A stretch of DNA of 64,000 nucleotides from Candidatus Woesearchaeota archaeon. GTDB taxonomy: Archaea; Nanobdellota; Nanobdellia; Woesearchaeales; UBA9642. Positions 7,803 to 17,832 of this stretch are shown here, piece after piece. The position numbers and the translations under genes are program-made. The stretch's first letter is position 1. The number at the start of each line of letters is the position of its first letter. The notes below the pieces were generated by a model, which saw only the letters and a list, made by a program, of their open reading frames with translations, did no database searches and was not told where the DNA came from. The stretch covers positions 12,364 to 76,363 of the forward strand of contig JAFGLI010000007.1 in the NCBI GenBank assembly GCA_016928115.1, in the 5' to 3' direction.

Positions 7803-10232
7803 TCATTCTTTTTTGGATTTTCTTGGTGCCCTGTAAAACATGCAGGTAAAGAAAACCACGGTTAATATACATAGTAAAATAAACAGGTTGACATATGTGC
7901 ATAATCTGTCTATGTAATCCTTGAACCTCAACTCTTCCCTGTCAATAACCCTCAGCAATATTGCATCACTATTGGTTGTGGCATTCTTTGAATCCATTGC
8001 TGTTAAAACCATTTCATCTTCACCATACCAGTTTGGCTCTGGAGTCAGGAATAACCAGTCTCCCTTTATTCTTGCAGATATGTTTTCCATCTCATTTACT
8101 GAAAATGTGATTGTATCATTATCAGGGTCATAGAAATAATCCTGAAGGTTTATTTTATATGTTGTATCCTCAGGCCATACAAACTCAATACCTGAAACTG
8201 CGGTTTCATTATCTGAAGTATTATTTACTGTAACATTCAGGGGCTCATAAACCTTTGGCATGCCTGAAAACCATATTGCTGCTGCTGAAATAACAATAAA
8301 TAAGGATAAGATTATTAATCCTGCAGCCTTTCTCTGCTTTATCCTGTTTTTCATCTTAAACTTATAATTAGGAGCCTTATGCTTGACAATCCCCAAAGCC
8401 ACAAAAGACAATATCAATAATACCAAAAGTGAAAACATAACTTTTTTGCATAAGGTTGAAGCAAAATACTCGTATGCATTCAGCCAGAATGATTTTGGCA
8501 TGTGGTTTATAATAATGTCATAGCTGTAAGTAAGGTTCTCGCTTTCAAGATAAAAACTGATTGTGCCGTTGTATGTGTTATAAGAAACATTCTCCATATT
8601 TACAAATAAATAAGTTAGTTCCCTGTCCCTTGCAGGAAGATATATATTGGTTAAATTATAATCAGTGAAATCAGGACCTTCCCATTCAACAGTGTAATTT
8701 CCCGGCTTGGCACCGTAATTCACAAGCAAAAGCGGAAAGTTCTTTGAATATACATTTGTATTGAATTCTGTTCTGTAAGGCTTTACTTTAAAGCATTCCC
8801 ATGTTATGTCCCTGTCAAAAATAAAGCTGTCTTCTGCACTTATTCCATTAGGCAGGGATGCTGTAACAGTAATCTTATATGACTCATCAATATCAGGCGA
8901 ATAAGCATAAAACAGTATTGTTTTTGATTCAGATGAATTCAGATAGAAACTGTAATCTGAAAGCTCTGCCCATTCAGGTGCATTAAGGGTCAGATTAAAA
9001 TAATTTCCTAAATAGCCGCTATTTGTGACCTCTATTTCAGCAGTGTAGAAATCAGAGCAGACCTTTTCTTTTCTTTCAACTTCTTTTATTGTTATCTCAG
9101 GCCTGTAACAGTCAAGGATATCAATAACCAAAATAGCTTCACTCTCACTGTTTCCTGTTGCTTCCTTTACAATAACCCTGCTTGAGTTAGAATAGCCTTC
9201 TATTCCTTTATCTCTTGGCGGTGTTGCAGTTATATAAACTGTTTTGGATTCTCCCGGAGCTATACTGACTTCAGTTTCATTCATCTCAATAAAAAATGCG
9301 GTGCTGTCTATATCTATGCTGTAATTATTTGGAAAATGCATGTTATTGGTTATAGTTACAGGAATACTGTAATAATTATAGGTGCACATGAAATTATATC
9401 CCGGAACATCAATATCAAAAGAATAATTGTCTTTTATCTCAACAGCATCAGAATAATGTGCAATCAGCTTGTTTTTCAGTGACCTTATATTAAAGCCTAT
9501 GTTCTTAATCCCGTTTTCAGTGCATGGAAACCTTGCTTCAGCAATAATGTTCTTTATCTCATTTGGCTCAAGTGTGACATTAAGAGAAGAAAAAAAGACA
9601 TATTCCCCGCTTTCTTCTGCGCTTATTGAATAAGTCTCAGTGAAAGAGCCTGTATTTTGTAAACTTATATTATAGTAAAAAGGAGTGCATGGGTTTATTG
9701 AAAGAGTCTCATTCTCCCCTGCTTCATATAATGGGTCGACAAACATCTTAATATTCTGGCACTTCCCTGTGTTTATAATCCTGTCAAGGGTTTTTTCTAT
9801 GCCCAGGTTTGACTTCACAGTCATAGTGTAGTCATAGCTTCCTATTTTATTGCAGGGTGTTGTAAGATAAACCAGTATTTTCTTTGTCTCTCCGGGATAA
9901 ACCTCAAATTTCGTCTCGCTGAATTTTATATTAAATGTCTCTTCGGCATTTGATTCTATAGTATATAAAGAACTGTATGCGCCTGTGTTCTTCACAAAGA
10001 TCTGGTCAATGTATAGAGAGCATTGGCATAATGAAAGCTCATCATTATAGCTGTAGAGCATGAAATCATTGTATGTTGAATAATAATTTACCTCAAACTC
10101 ATGATTTACTTCAGCCCCTTCATCAGAATTAACTGCTGGCAAAGAAACTGCTGAAAACAATGTAATCATCAATAGAACAAAGAAAACCCTGGAAACAAAG
10201 TACATTGCATTGCTGTTTTGTATTTCTTTCAT
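7803..10232 (-). CDS. large secreted surface protein with C-terminal membrane anchors
   Basis: 809 aa; N-terminal signal peptide; beta-rich repeat regions rich in N-glycosylation sequons; three C-terminal hydrophobic helices. Confidence 0.6.
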   Translation of the reverse strand: MKEIQNSNAMYFVSRVFFVLLMITLFSAVSLPAVNSDEGAEVNHEFEVNYYSTYNDFMLYSYNDELSLCQCSLYIDQIFVKNTGAYSSLYTIESNAEETFNIKFSETKFEVYPGETKKILVYLTTPCNKIGSYDYTMTVKSNLGIEKTLDRIINTGKCQNIKMFVDPLYEAGENETLSINPCTPFYYNISLQNTGSFTETYSISAEESGEYVFFSSLNVTLEPNEIKNIIAEARFPCTENGIKNIGFNIRSLKNKLIAHYSDAVEIKDNYSFDIDVPGYNFMCTYNYYSIPVTITNNMHFPNNYSIDIDSTAFFIEMNETEVSIAPGESKTVYITATPPRDKGIEGYSNSSRVIVKEATGNSESEAILVIDILDCYRPEITIKEVERKEKVCSDFYTAEIEVTNSGYLGNYFNLTLNAPEWAELSDYSFYLNSSESKTILFYAYSPDIDESYKITVTASLPNGISAEDSFIFDRDITWECFKVKPYRTEFNTNVYSKNFPLLLVNYGAKPGNYTVEWEGPDFTDYNLTNIYLPARDRELTYLFVNMENVSYNTYNGTISFYLESENLTYSYDIIINHMPKSFWLNAYEYFASTLCKKVMFSLLVLLILSFVALGIVKHKAPNYKFKMKNRIKQRKAAGLIILSLFIVISAAAIWFSGMPKVYEPLNVTVNNTSDNETAVSGIEFVWPEDTTYKINLQDYFYDPDNDTITFSVNEMENISARIKGDWLFLTPEPNWYGEDEMVLTAMDSKNATTNSDAILLRVIDREELRFKDYIDRLCTYVNLFILLCILTVVFFTCMFYRAPRKSKKE

Positions 10233-10361
10233 TGTTAAGGTAATATTAATGTTATTTGATAACCTGCTTGATTAGGCTTATTGATTATGATTGAGTTGAT
10301 TGATTAATCCACTTATTTAAAATATAAAAAATAAAATAAAAAAAGAAAAAATAAAACCTTT

Positions 10362-11633
10362 TTAGTAATAGGTTGAGGCTTCTTCTTCAGTTGTATTGGC
10401 TGACTTTCCTCTCAGCTTGGTAAAACCAACTATTAATCCAACTATAATGAGGATTATTACCAAAACAACCAATGTTATTTCCAAACCTTCCTTAAGGTTT
10501 CCCCATCCTGCACTAACAGGTTCTTTTATGTTTGCTTTCAATGGGATTTCCTGGCTGTCTCCATCTGTAGCAACATTTACTATGAAAACCTTCTCGCCTG
10601 CTGCAGCAGCTTCATCAGCTGAAACATACAGGTAAATGGTTTCTGTGTCTTCTCCTGACACTATTACTACATTTGATGGGTCCATGCTGTAGGTTCCCCA
10701 TGAGATTCCTTCAACACTCAAAGTGTATGTTCTGGCTTCATCAGCAGTGTTTGTAATCATAATAGGGTAAACACCACCGGTTGTTCCAGGAGTTATCTCC
10801 TGTGAACCAGGAACATTGATTATTGTCTTAGCTGATTCCTGTTCGCTTTCTTTTGCTTCCTCAAGAACCTCTATTTCGCCGTGTGCAACAGTTGACTCAT
10901 ACTCATCAAATTCAACAGTTACTTCGACATCATAGATTCCTGCTTCTGCATCATCAGGAACTCTAAGCAATAATTCCTCAAATGTGTAGGTTTCATCAGC
11001 TTCAAGCTCATCTTCGTCCAGGTATTCTGAATCTTTTATACCCAGTTCAGGAACACTTAATGTAACCTTAAGGTCATCAAGGTCATCATCACCGATGTTT
11101 TTTACTTTTACCAAAGCAGTAAAGCCTCTTCCTGGCTTTACACTGTCAGGGCTTATTGAAAAGTCCTTTATGACAATGGCATCATCATCGTCTATTCCCT
11201 TTATGTGAAGCTCATAAACATTCTCAAAAGCAATTCCGTCTCTGTCACTGACTCTTATTCTTAACTTGTAGTAGTCTTTGTCCATCTTTGTAGGAACTTC
11301 AAGCTCTAAATCCTTATAGCTTGTATCATTCTCATCAAGGTCAAAGCTTTCTGTTCTGTCATAAACAGAGCCTAATTCATAATCACTGTATTTATAGCCG
11401 TAAAGACCTGCTTCAATCTCGACATCCTCAACATCTGCTAAAGCCTTTACTCCAACTTCTATCTCAAGTTTCTCTCCACGTCTTACTTCAAGGTTGTCGG
11501 TGTGTCCTACCGCAATATCTACTTCGTTGTCATTTATTTCAACTTTTGTTATGTTAACATTAACAGCGCTGACTGTCATTGCCATCATAACAAAGGCAAA
11601 AACAAAGACCATCAAAAATTTCAACATTTTCAT
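10362..11633 (-). CDS. secreted acidic surface (S-layer-like) protein with CARDB-like domains and C-terminal TM anchor
   Basis: Signal peptide MKMLKFLMVFVFAFVMMAMTVSA; repeated beta-sandwich-like segments; C-terminal TM plus short charged tail; strong GGAGG RBS and TATA box upstream. Confidence 0.6.
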   Translation of the reverse strand: MKMLKFLMVFVFAFVMMAMTVSAVNVNITKVEINDNEVDIAVGHTDNLEVRRGEKLEIEVGVKALADVEDVEIEAGLYGYKYSDYELGSVYDRTESFDLDENDTSYKDLELEVPTKMDKDYYKLRIRVSDRDGIAFENVYELHIKGIDDDDAIVIKDFSISPDSVKPGRGFTALVKVKNIGDDDLDDLKVTLSVPELGIKDSEYLDEDELEADETYTFEELLLRVPDDAEAGIYDVEVTVEFDEYESTVAHGEIEVLEEAKESEQESAKTIINVPGSQEITPGTTGGVYPIMITNTADEARTYTLSVEGISWGTYSMDPSNVVIVSGEDTETIYLYVSADEAAAAGEKVFIVNVATDGDSQEIPLKANIKEPVSAGWGNLKEGLEITLVVLVIILIIVGLIVGFTKLRGKSANTTEEEASTYY

Positions 11634-11650
11634 TTTTTTCCCTCCGATTA

Positions 11651-11665
11651 AAAATATTTTATAAG
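11651..11665 (-). promoter_or_regulatory. TATA-like promoter element for the 10362..11633 surface-protein gene
   Basis: cttataaaatatttt on the minus strand upstream of GGAGGG-N8-ATG. Confidence 0.35.
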
Positions 11666-11805
11666 CCTTACAGGCTTGTTTCCTGTATTGGATTATAACA
11701 GGTTATTACTAGTGAATGGAAATGAATAATCGTTTATAAACTTTTCGATTTTTACTTTTTTAAAGTAGTAATAAATTCACAATGTATCAGTCGTAACTTT
11801 TTATT

Positions 11806-14325
11806 CTATTCCACTATCAAAAACCTGTATTCTGATTCCCTTACCTTTCCGTTGCTTACAGTCACTTTAACCCAGTATTCACCAGGCTCAACATCTATAA
11901 ATGTTATAAGCTTCTGTGTGGCTGACTCATCTTCATCCAAATCAAATGAGCCTCCTGTGTTTTCTATACCAAGATAAGGTATCATTATCTTAACTCTTAA
12001 ATCCTCTAAATCTGTTTCTCCGTTGTTTCTTACAGACACTTTCAATATAAGATAATCACTTCCTTCAATCACAAAATCTTCTTTACTGTTTTTGCCGTAC
12101 AGTTCAATCTCACCTAAGTGGATATCATCCTCAGGCTTATTCTCTTCCTCTGTCTTGTAATTGGTTCTCTCTATTATTCTTGCTGTGGTTGTATCTGTAT
12201 CTGTTCCTCCGAATTCTCCAATCACAGTTAATCCAATATCATAGTCTCCCTTATGGCCATAGGTGTGGTTTATGTACATATCAGTTGTCTCTGCAGTGCT
12301 TCCATCACCAAAGTCCCATATATATAATACTGCATTTTGTGAGCCTGAAGCATCGAATGTTAGGGGCTCATCCACAAAGCCTTTATAAGGGCCGTCAGCA
12401 TCAGCTGTAACATTATCCTGGATTTGCTCTTCTACTGTGAACAAAGCCTCGTCAGTGTCATACAAGCCTTCAGGATCTTCTGCTCTGAATGTTATTGTTT
12501 CTGAGCCTGTCCAGCCTGAATGATAAGTCAAAGTCACAACATGTGTCTGTGAATCTATTTCTACATTAATATCAGCATTTCCTGAATATGAAAAAATTAA
12601 TTCATCATCTGTATTATCAGGGTCTTCTGTGTAGTCATCCAGATCAAACTCAATAAAAGACTCTCCTTCCATAATTGCCTGGTCCGGAATGTTTTCTATA
12701 ACAGGAGGCTCGTTTAATGTTTCCTCTTCAGTTATATCCACAAAAACAGACTGAATAGCTGTATCTCCGTTGTGGTCCTCCACAATCAGGGTTATATATT
12801 CAGAGCCTTCTGCTGCTGGATAAACATACAGGGTCTGTCCTACAACATTTGCTGTAAAATAATCCCCTGATACCCCGCTTACATACCAGATTAAGTCTAT
12901 ATTATAATAGTCATCCTCAATATCATGTCCGTATGTGTTTAAATCCAATGAATAGCCTACATTGACAGGTATTTCTATATCAGGAATCACTGGCTGTATG
13001 TATGGAGGATTATTTAATATCATAATATTTGCCTGCTCCATATCGCCTGTTCCGTCTGTAAAATTAAAGGCAAATGCAAAGACTTCTCCTATGCCCAGAA
13101 ATGAATCTGACAAAGGAATATTATCTAATGCATACCTGTAGGTATTGGTTGCATCATCATAGCCTACTTCATAAAGGTCAACCTGATCATTTTGTCCTAC
13201 TAAGGTTGAAGAAGTAACAATATCCTCATCTATGAATTCTCCAGTTACAAGATCTATAATCTGGAATGAAACATATAATCCTTCATATCTGTAAAACTCA
13301 TTATCCCTGAATATATAGGCTGAATCATTATATGTATGAAGGTTTATTATATTATAATCTGAAGCCTGCTCATACACTGTAAAGATTGCCCTTGGGTATG
13401 TGTCATCATCAGGAACAAATCCTTGTTTTTCTGCTGTTCCATATACTGTGAATGTTCCAAGCTCAGTCATAATCCTTTCAACATTGCAGTTTCCGTGGTT
13501 ATCTGTAACACAGCTTCCGAAATCGCCGTTGCCTAAATAATATAATGAAACATCTACATCCTCTTCAGGATTTCCTTCATTATCTTCAACATTAACACTG
13601 CATATCTGATGCTCATTTATAACAACATTATCAAAGCAGTCAATTGAGGTTATTGTTAATTCCTCTTCAGGCTGCTCTTCTTCGATTATTTCTATATCAG
13701 CATCATCTGCTGCACTATCACCATCAAAATCTGTAACAATGCATTCAGGATTATAGTTTCCTGTTTGTGTATAAACATGATTTAATATTCCGTTTGTGCT
13801 GGTTACATCCTGGAAATTGCCGTTGCCTTCTGCATCTATTTCAATAGTCAAAGGCTGATTTCCGCCAGTAGCTGAGCAAACTAACTCTACATTATCATCA
13901 ACATAAGCCTGTGAAGGCACAGTTAACTGAGCACTTGGTGTTCTGTCAGGCTCTATTGGTACAGAATTGCTGTCATCAAAAATCTGTATGAATATAACCT
14001 GTCCGCCCTGTGTATAGGTATAGCCTACTGCGCATATAACCTCATGATTTGCATATTCAGAAAGAGCAGATGCACTCAAAGCCTGTGTGCCCAGGTAATC
14101 CCAGGTTGCTCCTGTGGCATCGCTTTTCCATGCTATTGTATAAGGATTAATATCATCCACACTTACTTCCTGTCCGTCTACATCAATATGGCAGAACAAG
14201 TCTGTTTCACCCACTATTGCTGTTTCCGGGGTGATTATTGTTGTGGTATCTGCCAATGCACTTGCAACTGTTAAAACTAACAGTGCAAAAAAGATTATTG
14301 GTAAAATCAAAGTTTTCTTATTCAT
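11806..14325 (-). CDS. large secreted surface protein with PKD domain and C-terminal CARDB-like domain
   Basis: Signal peptide; canonical PKD signature FDASGSQNAVLYIWDFGDGSTAETTDMYINHTYGHKGDYDIGLTV; highly acidic. Confidence 0.65.
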   Translation of the reverse strand: MNKKTLILPIIFFALLVLTVASALADTTTIITPETAIVGETDLFCHIDVDGQEVSVDDINPYTIAWKSDATGATWDYLGTQALSASALSEYANHEVICAVGYTYTQGGQVIFIQIFDDSNSVPIEPDRTPSAQLTVPSQAYVDDNVELVCSATGGNQPLTIEIDAEGNGNFQDVTSTNGILNHVYTQTGNYNPECIVTDFDGDSAADDADIEIIEEEQPEEELTITSIDCFDNVVINEHQICSVNVEDNEGNPEEDVDVSLYYLGNGDFGSCVTDNHGNCNVERIMTELGTFTVYGTAEKQGFVPDDDTYPRAIFTVYEQASDYNIINLHTYNDSAYIFRDNEFYRYEGLYVSFQIIDLVTGEFIDEDIVTSSTLVGQNDQVDLYEVGYDDATNTYRYALDNIPLSDSFLGIGEVFAFAFNFTDGTGDMEQANIMILNNPPYIQPVIPDIEIPVNVGYSLDLNTYGHDIEDDYYNIDLIWYVSGVSGDYFTANVVGQTLYVYPAAEGSEYITLIVEDHNGDTAIQSVFVDITEEETLNEPPVIENIPDQAIMEGESFIEFDLDDYTEDPDNTDDELIFSYSGNADINVEIDSQTHVVTLTYHSGWTGSETITFRAEDPEGLYDTDEALFTVEEQIQDNVTADADGPYKGFVDEPLTFDASGSQNAVLYIWDFGDGSTAETTDMYINHTYGHKGDYDIGLTVIGEFGGTDTDTTTARIIERTNYKTEEENKPEDDIHLGEIELYGKNSKEDFVIEGSDYLILKVSVRNNGETDLEDLRVKIMIPYLGIENTGGSFDLDEDESATQKLITFIDVEPGEYWVKVTVSNGKVRESEYRFLIVE

Positions 14326-14355
14326 TTTTATACCTCATTTGTATTTTGTTTATTG

Positions 14356-15804
14356 TTAATAATTGAAACCTGCTCCTATCTCCACAAATTCCACATTTGA
14401 TTCTCCTGCCCTGATTATCTTACTTGGCTGATTGGCAATATTATCTAAGCTATATCTTTCAGCCCCCATTTCGAAAAATATATGTTTCGGGGGGATTGTA
14501 ATACGTATTTTGCCTCCCAATTTAGTATATTCCAGATGAGGATTAGGGTTTGTTGTTCCTTCATGAATTTCTAAAATATTGTGGTCTTCATTGCCTTTCA
14601 CATAATTTAATTCTGCTGATACAATTCCATTATTATATCCCCCCACAATTCTAAATTCATTTCCGCTGAATTTTGAATCAGTTATGCTGTTATGGGAATT
14701 AATTGTACTGCCTCCCTGCAGTTGTTTTGTTTCTGAATCAACAATTAAAGAACTCTTTCCATCCAAAACAATTCCATATCCTCCTTTAAAATAAATATTT
14801 CCTATGTCTGTTTTTAATCCCAGAAGCAATTTAGCCTGATGTTTATTTAACTCTCCTGAAGTAAGGGTTTCTATTCCTAACACATCACTGAAAGCATATT
14901 CTTCATCCTCAATTTTATTATATTCCCCATCAACACCAAGATCCAGCCTTAATATTATGTCCCCTAAATCCAAACCAGGAGTCCATTCAAAACCACCTGA
15001 AATGTTGGTCCTCTTGTGTTTATAACCATCTTTATCCTGAAGATGGCTTCCTCTTAAATAGGCTTCTGCATTAGGCCCTTCAGCTGAAACAAGCAAACCT
15101 AATCCTTCTGTTGCAGCTTTATATTCTAAAAGGTCAACAAATTTTTTGTAATTACCAATCTTGACCTGAACAGAAGTATATAAACTCATATCTTTCAAAG
15201 GATCTACATTGTTTCCTGTTTTAGATGATGTTATTATATTAGGATTTTCTATCTCTTCCCAGTTAATTTCTTCTTCTGCTTCTGAAGGAATATATTGCTC
15301 TTTAAAAATTATGCCTTGATCACGTTCGGCTTTTAATTCTGCTACATCCTCAAACAAATCACGTAAAGAAAGATTATATATTTTAAGATCTTCATTAAGT
15401 TTATTTATTTGATTTATTAAATCATCAGGCATATTTTCTTTTTTTGATATAGAACCTTCCATTCTTTTTAATCTGGAATTTAATTTATCATAAGAAGATT
15501 TCAAATCAGAAATATCATCTTCTGAAAGATTATATTTAGATTTTAAATAATCATCAAAAAGACTATATGGAATTTCGATTCTTTTTGTTTTTCCATCTAT
15601 ATCTAATGATAAAGTAACAAGACCTAAATCTAGACCTATATTAAGAAACTCATCTAATTTTCCTATAACAGATTTCTCTTCATTTCTAACCTCTTCAATT
15701 ACAATTTTATTATTAGAATCATTATAAGACTTATACTCAGCAACATTTTTTGGATTTGGATTTGCAGTGGCACTTATTATTTCCAACAAAGTTAATGCAT
15801 TCAT
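14356..15804 (-). CDS. hypothetical protein: N-terminal coiled-coil region plus beta-rich C-terminal domain ending in aromatic residue (..GAGFNY)
   Basis: 482 aa; heptad-like segment (LKSSYDKLNSRLKRMEGSISKKENMPDDLINQINKLNEDLKIYNLSLRDLFEDVAELKAERD); C-terminal half has an alternating hydrophobic pattern. Confidence 0.55.
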   Translation of the reverse strand: MNALTLLEIISATANPNPKNVAEYKSYNDSNNKIVIEEVRNEEKSVIGKLDEFLNIGLDLGLVTLSLDIDGKTKRIEIPYSLFDDYLKSKYNLSEDDISDLKSSYDKLNSRLKRMEGSISKKENMPDDLINQINKLNEDLKIYNLSLRDLFEDVAELKAERDQGIIFKEQYIPSEAEEEINWEEIENPNIITSSKTGNNVDPLKDMSLYTSVQVKIGNYKKFVDLLEYKAATEGLGLLVSAEGPNAEAYLRGSHLQDKDGYKHKRTNISGGFEWTPGLDLGDIILRLDLGVDGEYNKIEDEEYAFSDVLGIETLTSGELNKHQAKLLLGLKTDIGNIYFKGGYGIVLDGKSSLIVDSETKQLQGGSTINSHNSITDSKFSGNEFRIVGGYNNGIVSAELNYVKGNEDHNILEIHEGTTNPNPHLEYTKLGGKIRITIPPKHIFFEMGAERYSLDNIANQPSKIIRAGESNVEFVEIGAGFNY

Positions 15805-16063
15805 TTTCTACCCCTCCTTAAGGTTTAATATTAAACTGATTTTATTCTGGTTTTTATCTTCAGAGGCTTGTAATTTAACGTCTGAAAACAAATATTTTAC
15901 TTTAAAGTGATAACAAAGTAATATTATTTAATATATAAAGGTTTCGGTTTTGTATTTATCATACAATAGTAACATAATTTTAAAGTCGATAAAATATAAG
16001 CCATAAAGGCAAAAAAACAGAAAAAGATAATATTTATATAAAACACATAACTAATAAAAAACA

Positions 16064-16990
16064 ATGAAATGCTTAGTCACAGGGGGGGCAGGATTCATAG
16101 GCTCAAATATAGTTGATAATCTTATTGAAAAAAACCATAAGGTCATTATAATAGATAATCTTACAACAGGAACAAAAGAAAACATAAATGAAAAAGCTGT
16201 ATTCTATGAAATGGATATAAGGGATAAAAAAGTTGAAGATGTTTTCAAAAAAGAAAAGCCTGAGATAGTTTTCCATACAGCAGCCCAGATAGATGTAAGG
16301 AAATCTGTAGAAGACCCTATATGGGACTCAGAGATAAATATTTCAGGCTCTTTAAATATTTTAGAAAACTGTAAAAAATACAATGTAAAAAAATTTATTT
16401 TCTCATCAACAGGAGGGGCTATTTACGGGGACACTGAAAACATACCAACAACTGAAAAAGAGGAAGCAAAGCCGATAAGCCCTTACGGCATTTGTAAATT
16501 AAGTGTGGAAAAATATCTCCATTATTACGGGAAAATATTTGGTCTGGATTATGTATCATTAAGGTATTCAAACGTTTACGGACCAAGACAGAATTCTAAA
16601 GGAGAAGCAGGGGTTGTGGCTATATTTATTGATAAAATTCTAAACAATGAACAGCCTTTAATAAATGGAGATGGCAAACAAACCAGGGATTATGTTTTTG
16701 TTAAAGATGTAGTTAATGCAAACATGCTTGCTTTTGAAAAAAACATTACAGGCATATATAATATAGGCACTGCTAATGAAACAACTGTAAATGAAATATT
16801 CAGGTTAATCAATAAAAATCTCGGAAATAAGGCTGAAAAAAAACATGCTCCTGCAAAAAAAGGAGAACAGCAAAGAAGCTGTTTAGACTACGGCAAGGCT
16901 GAAAAAGCCCTGGGCTGGAAGCCTGAGTATAATATAGAAAAAGGAATAAAAGAAACTGTTGATTGGTTTAAGAATAAAGATAAAAATTAA
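16064..16990 (+). CDS. NAD-dependent epimerase/dehydratase, UDP-glucose 4-epimerase (GalE)-like
   Basis: TGGAGFIGSN Rossmann motif, YSNVYGPRQ, catalytic YxxxK. Confidence 0.8.
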   Translation: MKCLVTGGAGFIGSNIVDNLIEKNHKVIIIDNLTTGTKENINEKAVFYEMDIRDKKVEDVFKKEKPEIVFHTAAQIDVRKSVEDPIWDSEINISGSLNILENCKKYNVKKFIFSSTGGAIYGDTENIPTTEKEEAKPISPYGICKLSVEKYLHYYGKIFGLDYVSLRYSNVYGPRQNSKGEAGVVAIFIDKILNNEQPLINGDGKQTRDYVFVKDVVNANMLAFEKNITGIYNIGTANETTVNEIFRLINKNLGNKAEKKHAPAKKGEQQRSCLDYGKAEKALGWKPEYNIEKGIKETVDWFKNKDKN

Positions 16991-16993
16991 TAA

Positions 16994-17749
16994 TCACCTG
17001 AACAACTTTCTGAACAATAACTTAAAGAAAATCCTGAAAGCATTCAGGCTTCTCTGCCCTTTGTTTAATGAATAATTAGTGTATTTTATTGAAACAGGAA
17101 CCTCTTTATAAGGAATATTTTTCTTTATTATCTCTTCTACAATCTCAGAAGCATGCTCCATTCCATCAAAATTTATTTGAATCTTTTTAGCTGCTTTTCC
17201 CGATAAAGCCCTGAAGCCGTTGTGTGCATCACTAAGCTTTACACCATAAAAAATAAAATTGACAAAAGTCCCTGTTTTTAAAAATAGTTTTCTTATAAAA
17301 GGAATCTTAGTTTCCCTGCTTTTTTTGTTCTTATCTTTTAAAAACCTTGAACCAAGTGTAACCTCAACCTCTCCTTTTTTAATTGGCTCTAATAATTTTT
17401 TAATCTCTTTGGCTATATGCTGGCCGTCTGCATCAAAAGTTACAATAATGTCTGCATTTTTCTTTAAAGCAAAATCTATTCCTGTCTGCAAAGAAGCCCC
17501 CTGGCCTCTGTTTATAATGTGCTTTAAAACATGAACCTTCTGCTTTCCGGCTTTTTCATAGGTTTTGTCTTTAGAGCCGTCATCCACCACAACTATATTA
17601 TTATAATTGTTTTTCTTTAACTCTTTTATTACATCAGCTATGGAATTCTCCTCGTTATACGCTGGAATTACAATGAATATTTTTGGTTTTTTCTTTGGCA
17701 TTTTTTCCTCAATTAATGGGGCTTTAATTTTTTCCTTTAAACGCCCCAT
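16994..17749 (-). CDS. GT2 glycosyltransferase, dolichyl-phosphate sugar synthase (DPM1/AglJ/ArnC-like); alternative start at 17701
   Basis: KIFIVIPAYNEENSI...VVDDGSKD...DADGQH motifs. An internal ATG (MPKKKPKIFIVIPAYNEE) with a GAGG RBS gives the typical GT2 N-terminus. Confidence 0.8.
   Translation of the reverse strand: MGRLKEKIKAPLIEEKMPKKKPKIFIVIPAYNEENSIADVIKELKKNNYNNIVVVDDGSKDKTYEKAGKQKVHVLKHIINRGQGASLQTGIDFALKKNADIIVTFDADGQHIAKEIKKLLEPIKKGEVEVTLGSRFLKDKNKKSRETKIPFIRKLFLKTGTFVNFIFYGVKLSDAHNGFRALSGKAAKKIQINFDGMEHASEIVEEIIKKNIPYKEVPVSIKYTNYSLNKGQRSLNAFRIFFKLLFRKLFR
17664..17707. repeat. 44-bp direct repeat copy A, covering the start codon and first codons of the GT2 gene
   Basis: ggaattacaatgaatatttttggttttttctttggcattttttc is identical to 17786..17829. 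Confidence 0.85.
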
Positions 17750-17785
17750 AAGTTCCTTTTACGAGATTTTTGAAAAATCTCTGCA

Positions 17786-17829
17786 GGAATTACAATGAAT
17801 ATTTTTGGTTTTTTCTTTGGCATTTTTTC
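17786..17829. repeat. 44-bp direct repeat copy B, upstream of the GT2 gene; creates a 28-codon uORF MPKKKPKIFIVIPAEIFQKSRKRNLWGV
   Basis: Perfect copy of 17664..17707; the uORF stop (TAA) overlaps the annotated ATG at 17749. Confidence 0.8.
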
Positions 17830-17832
17830 ATA

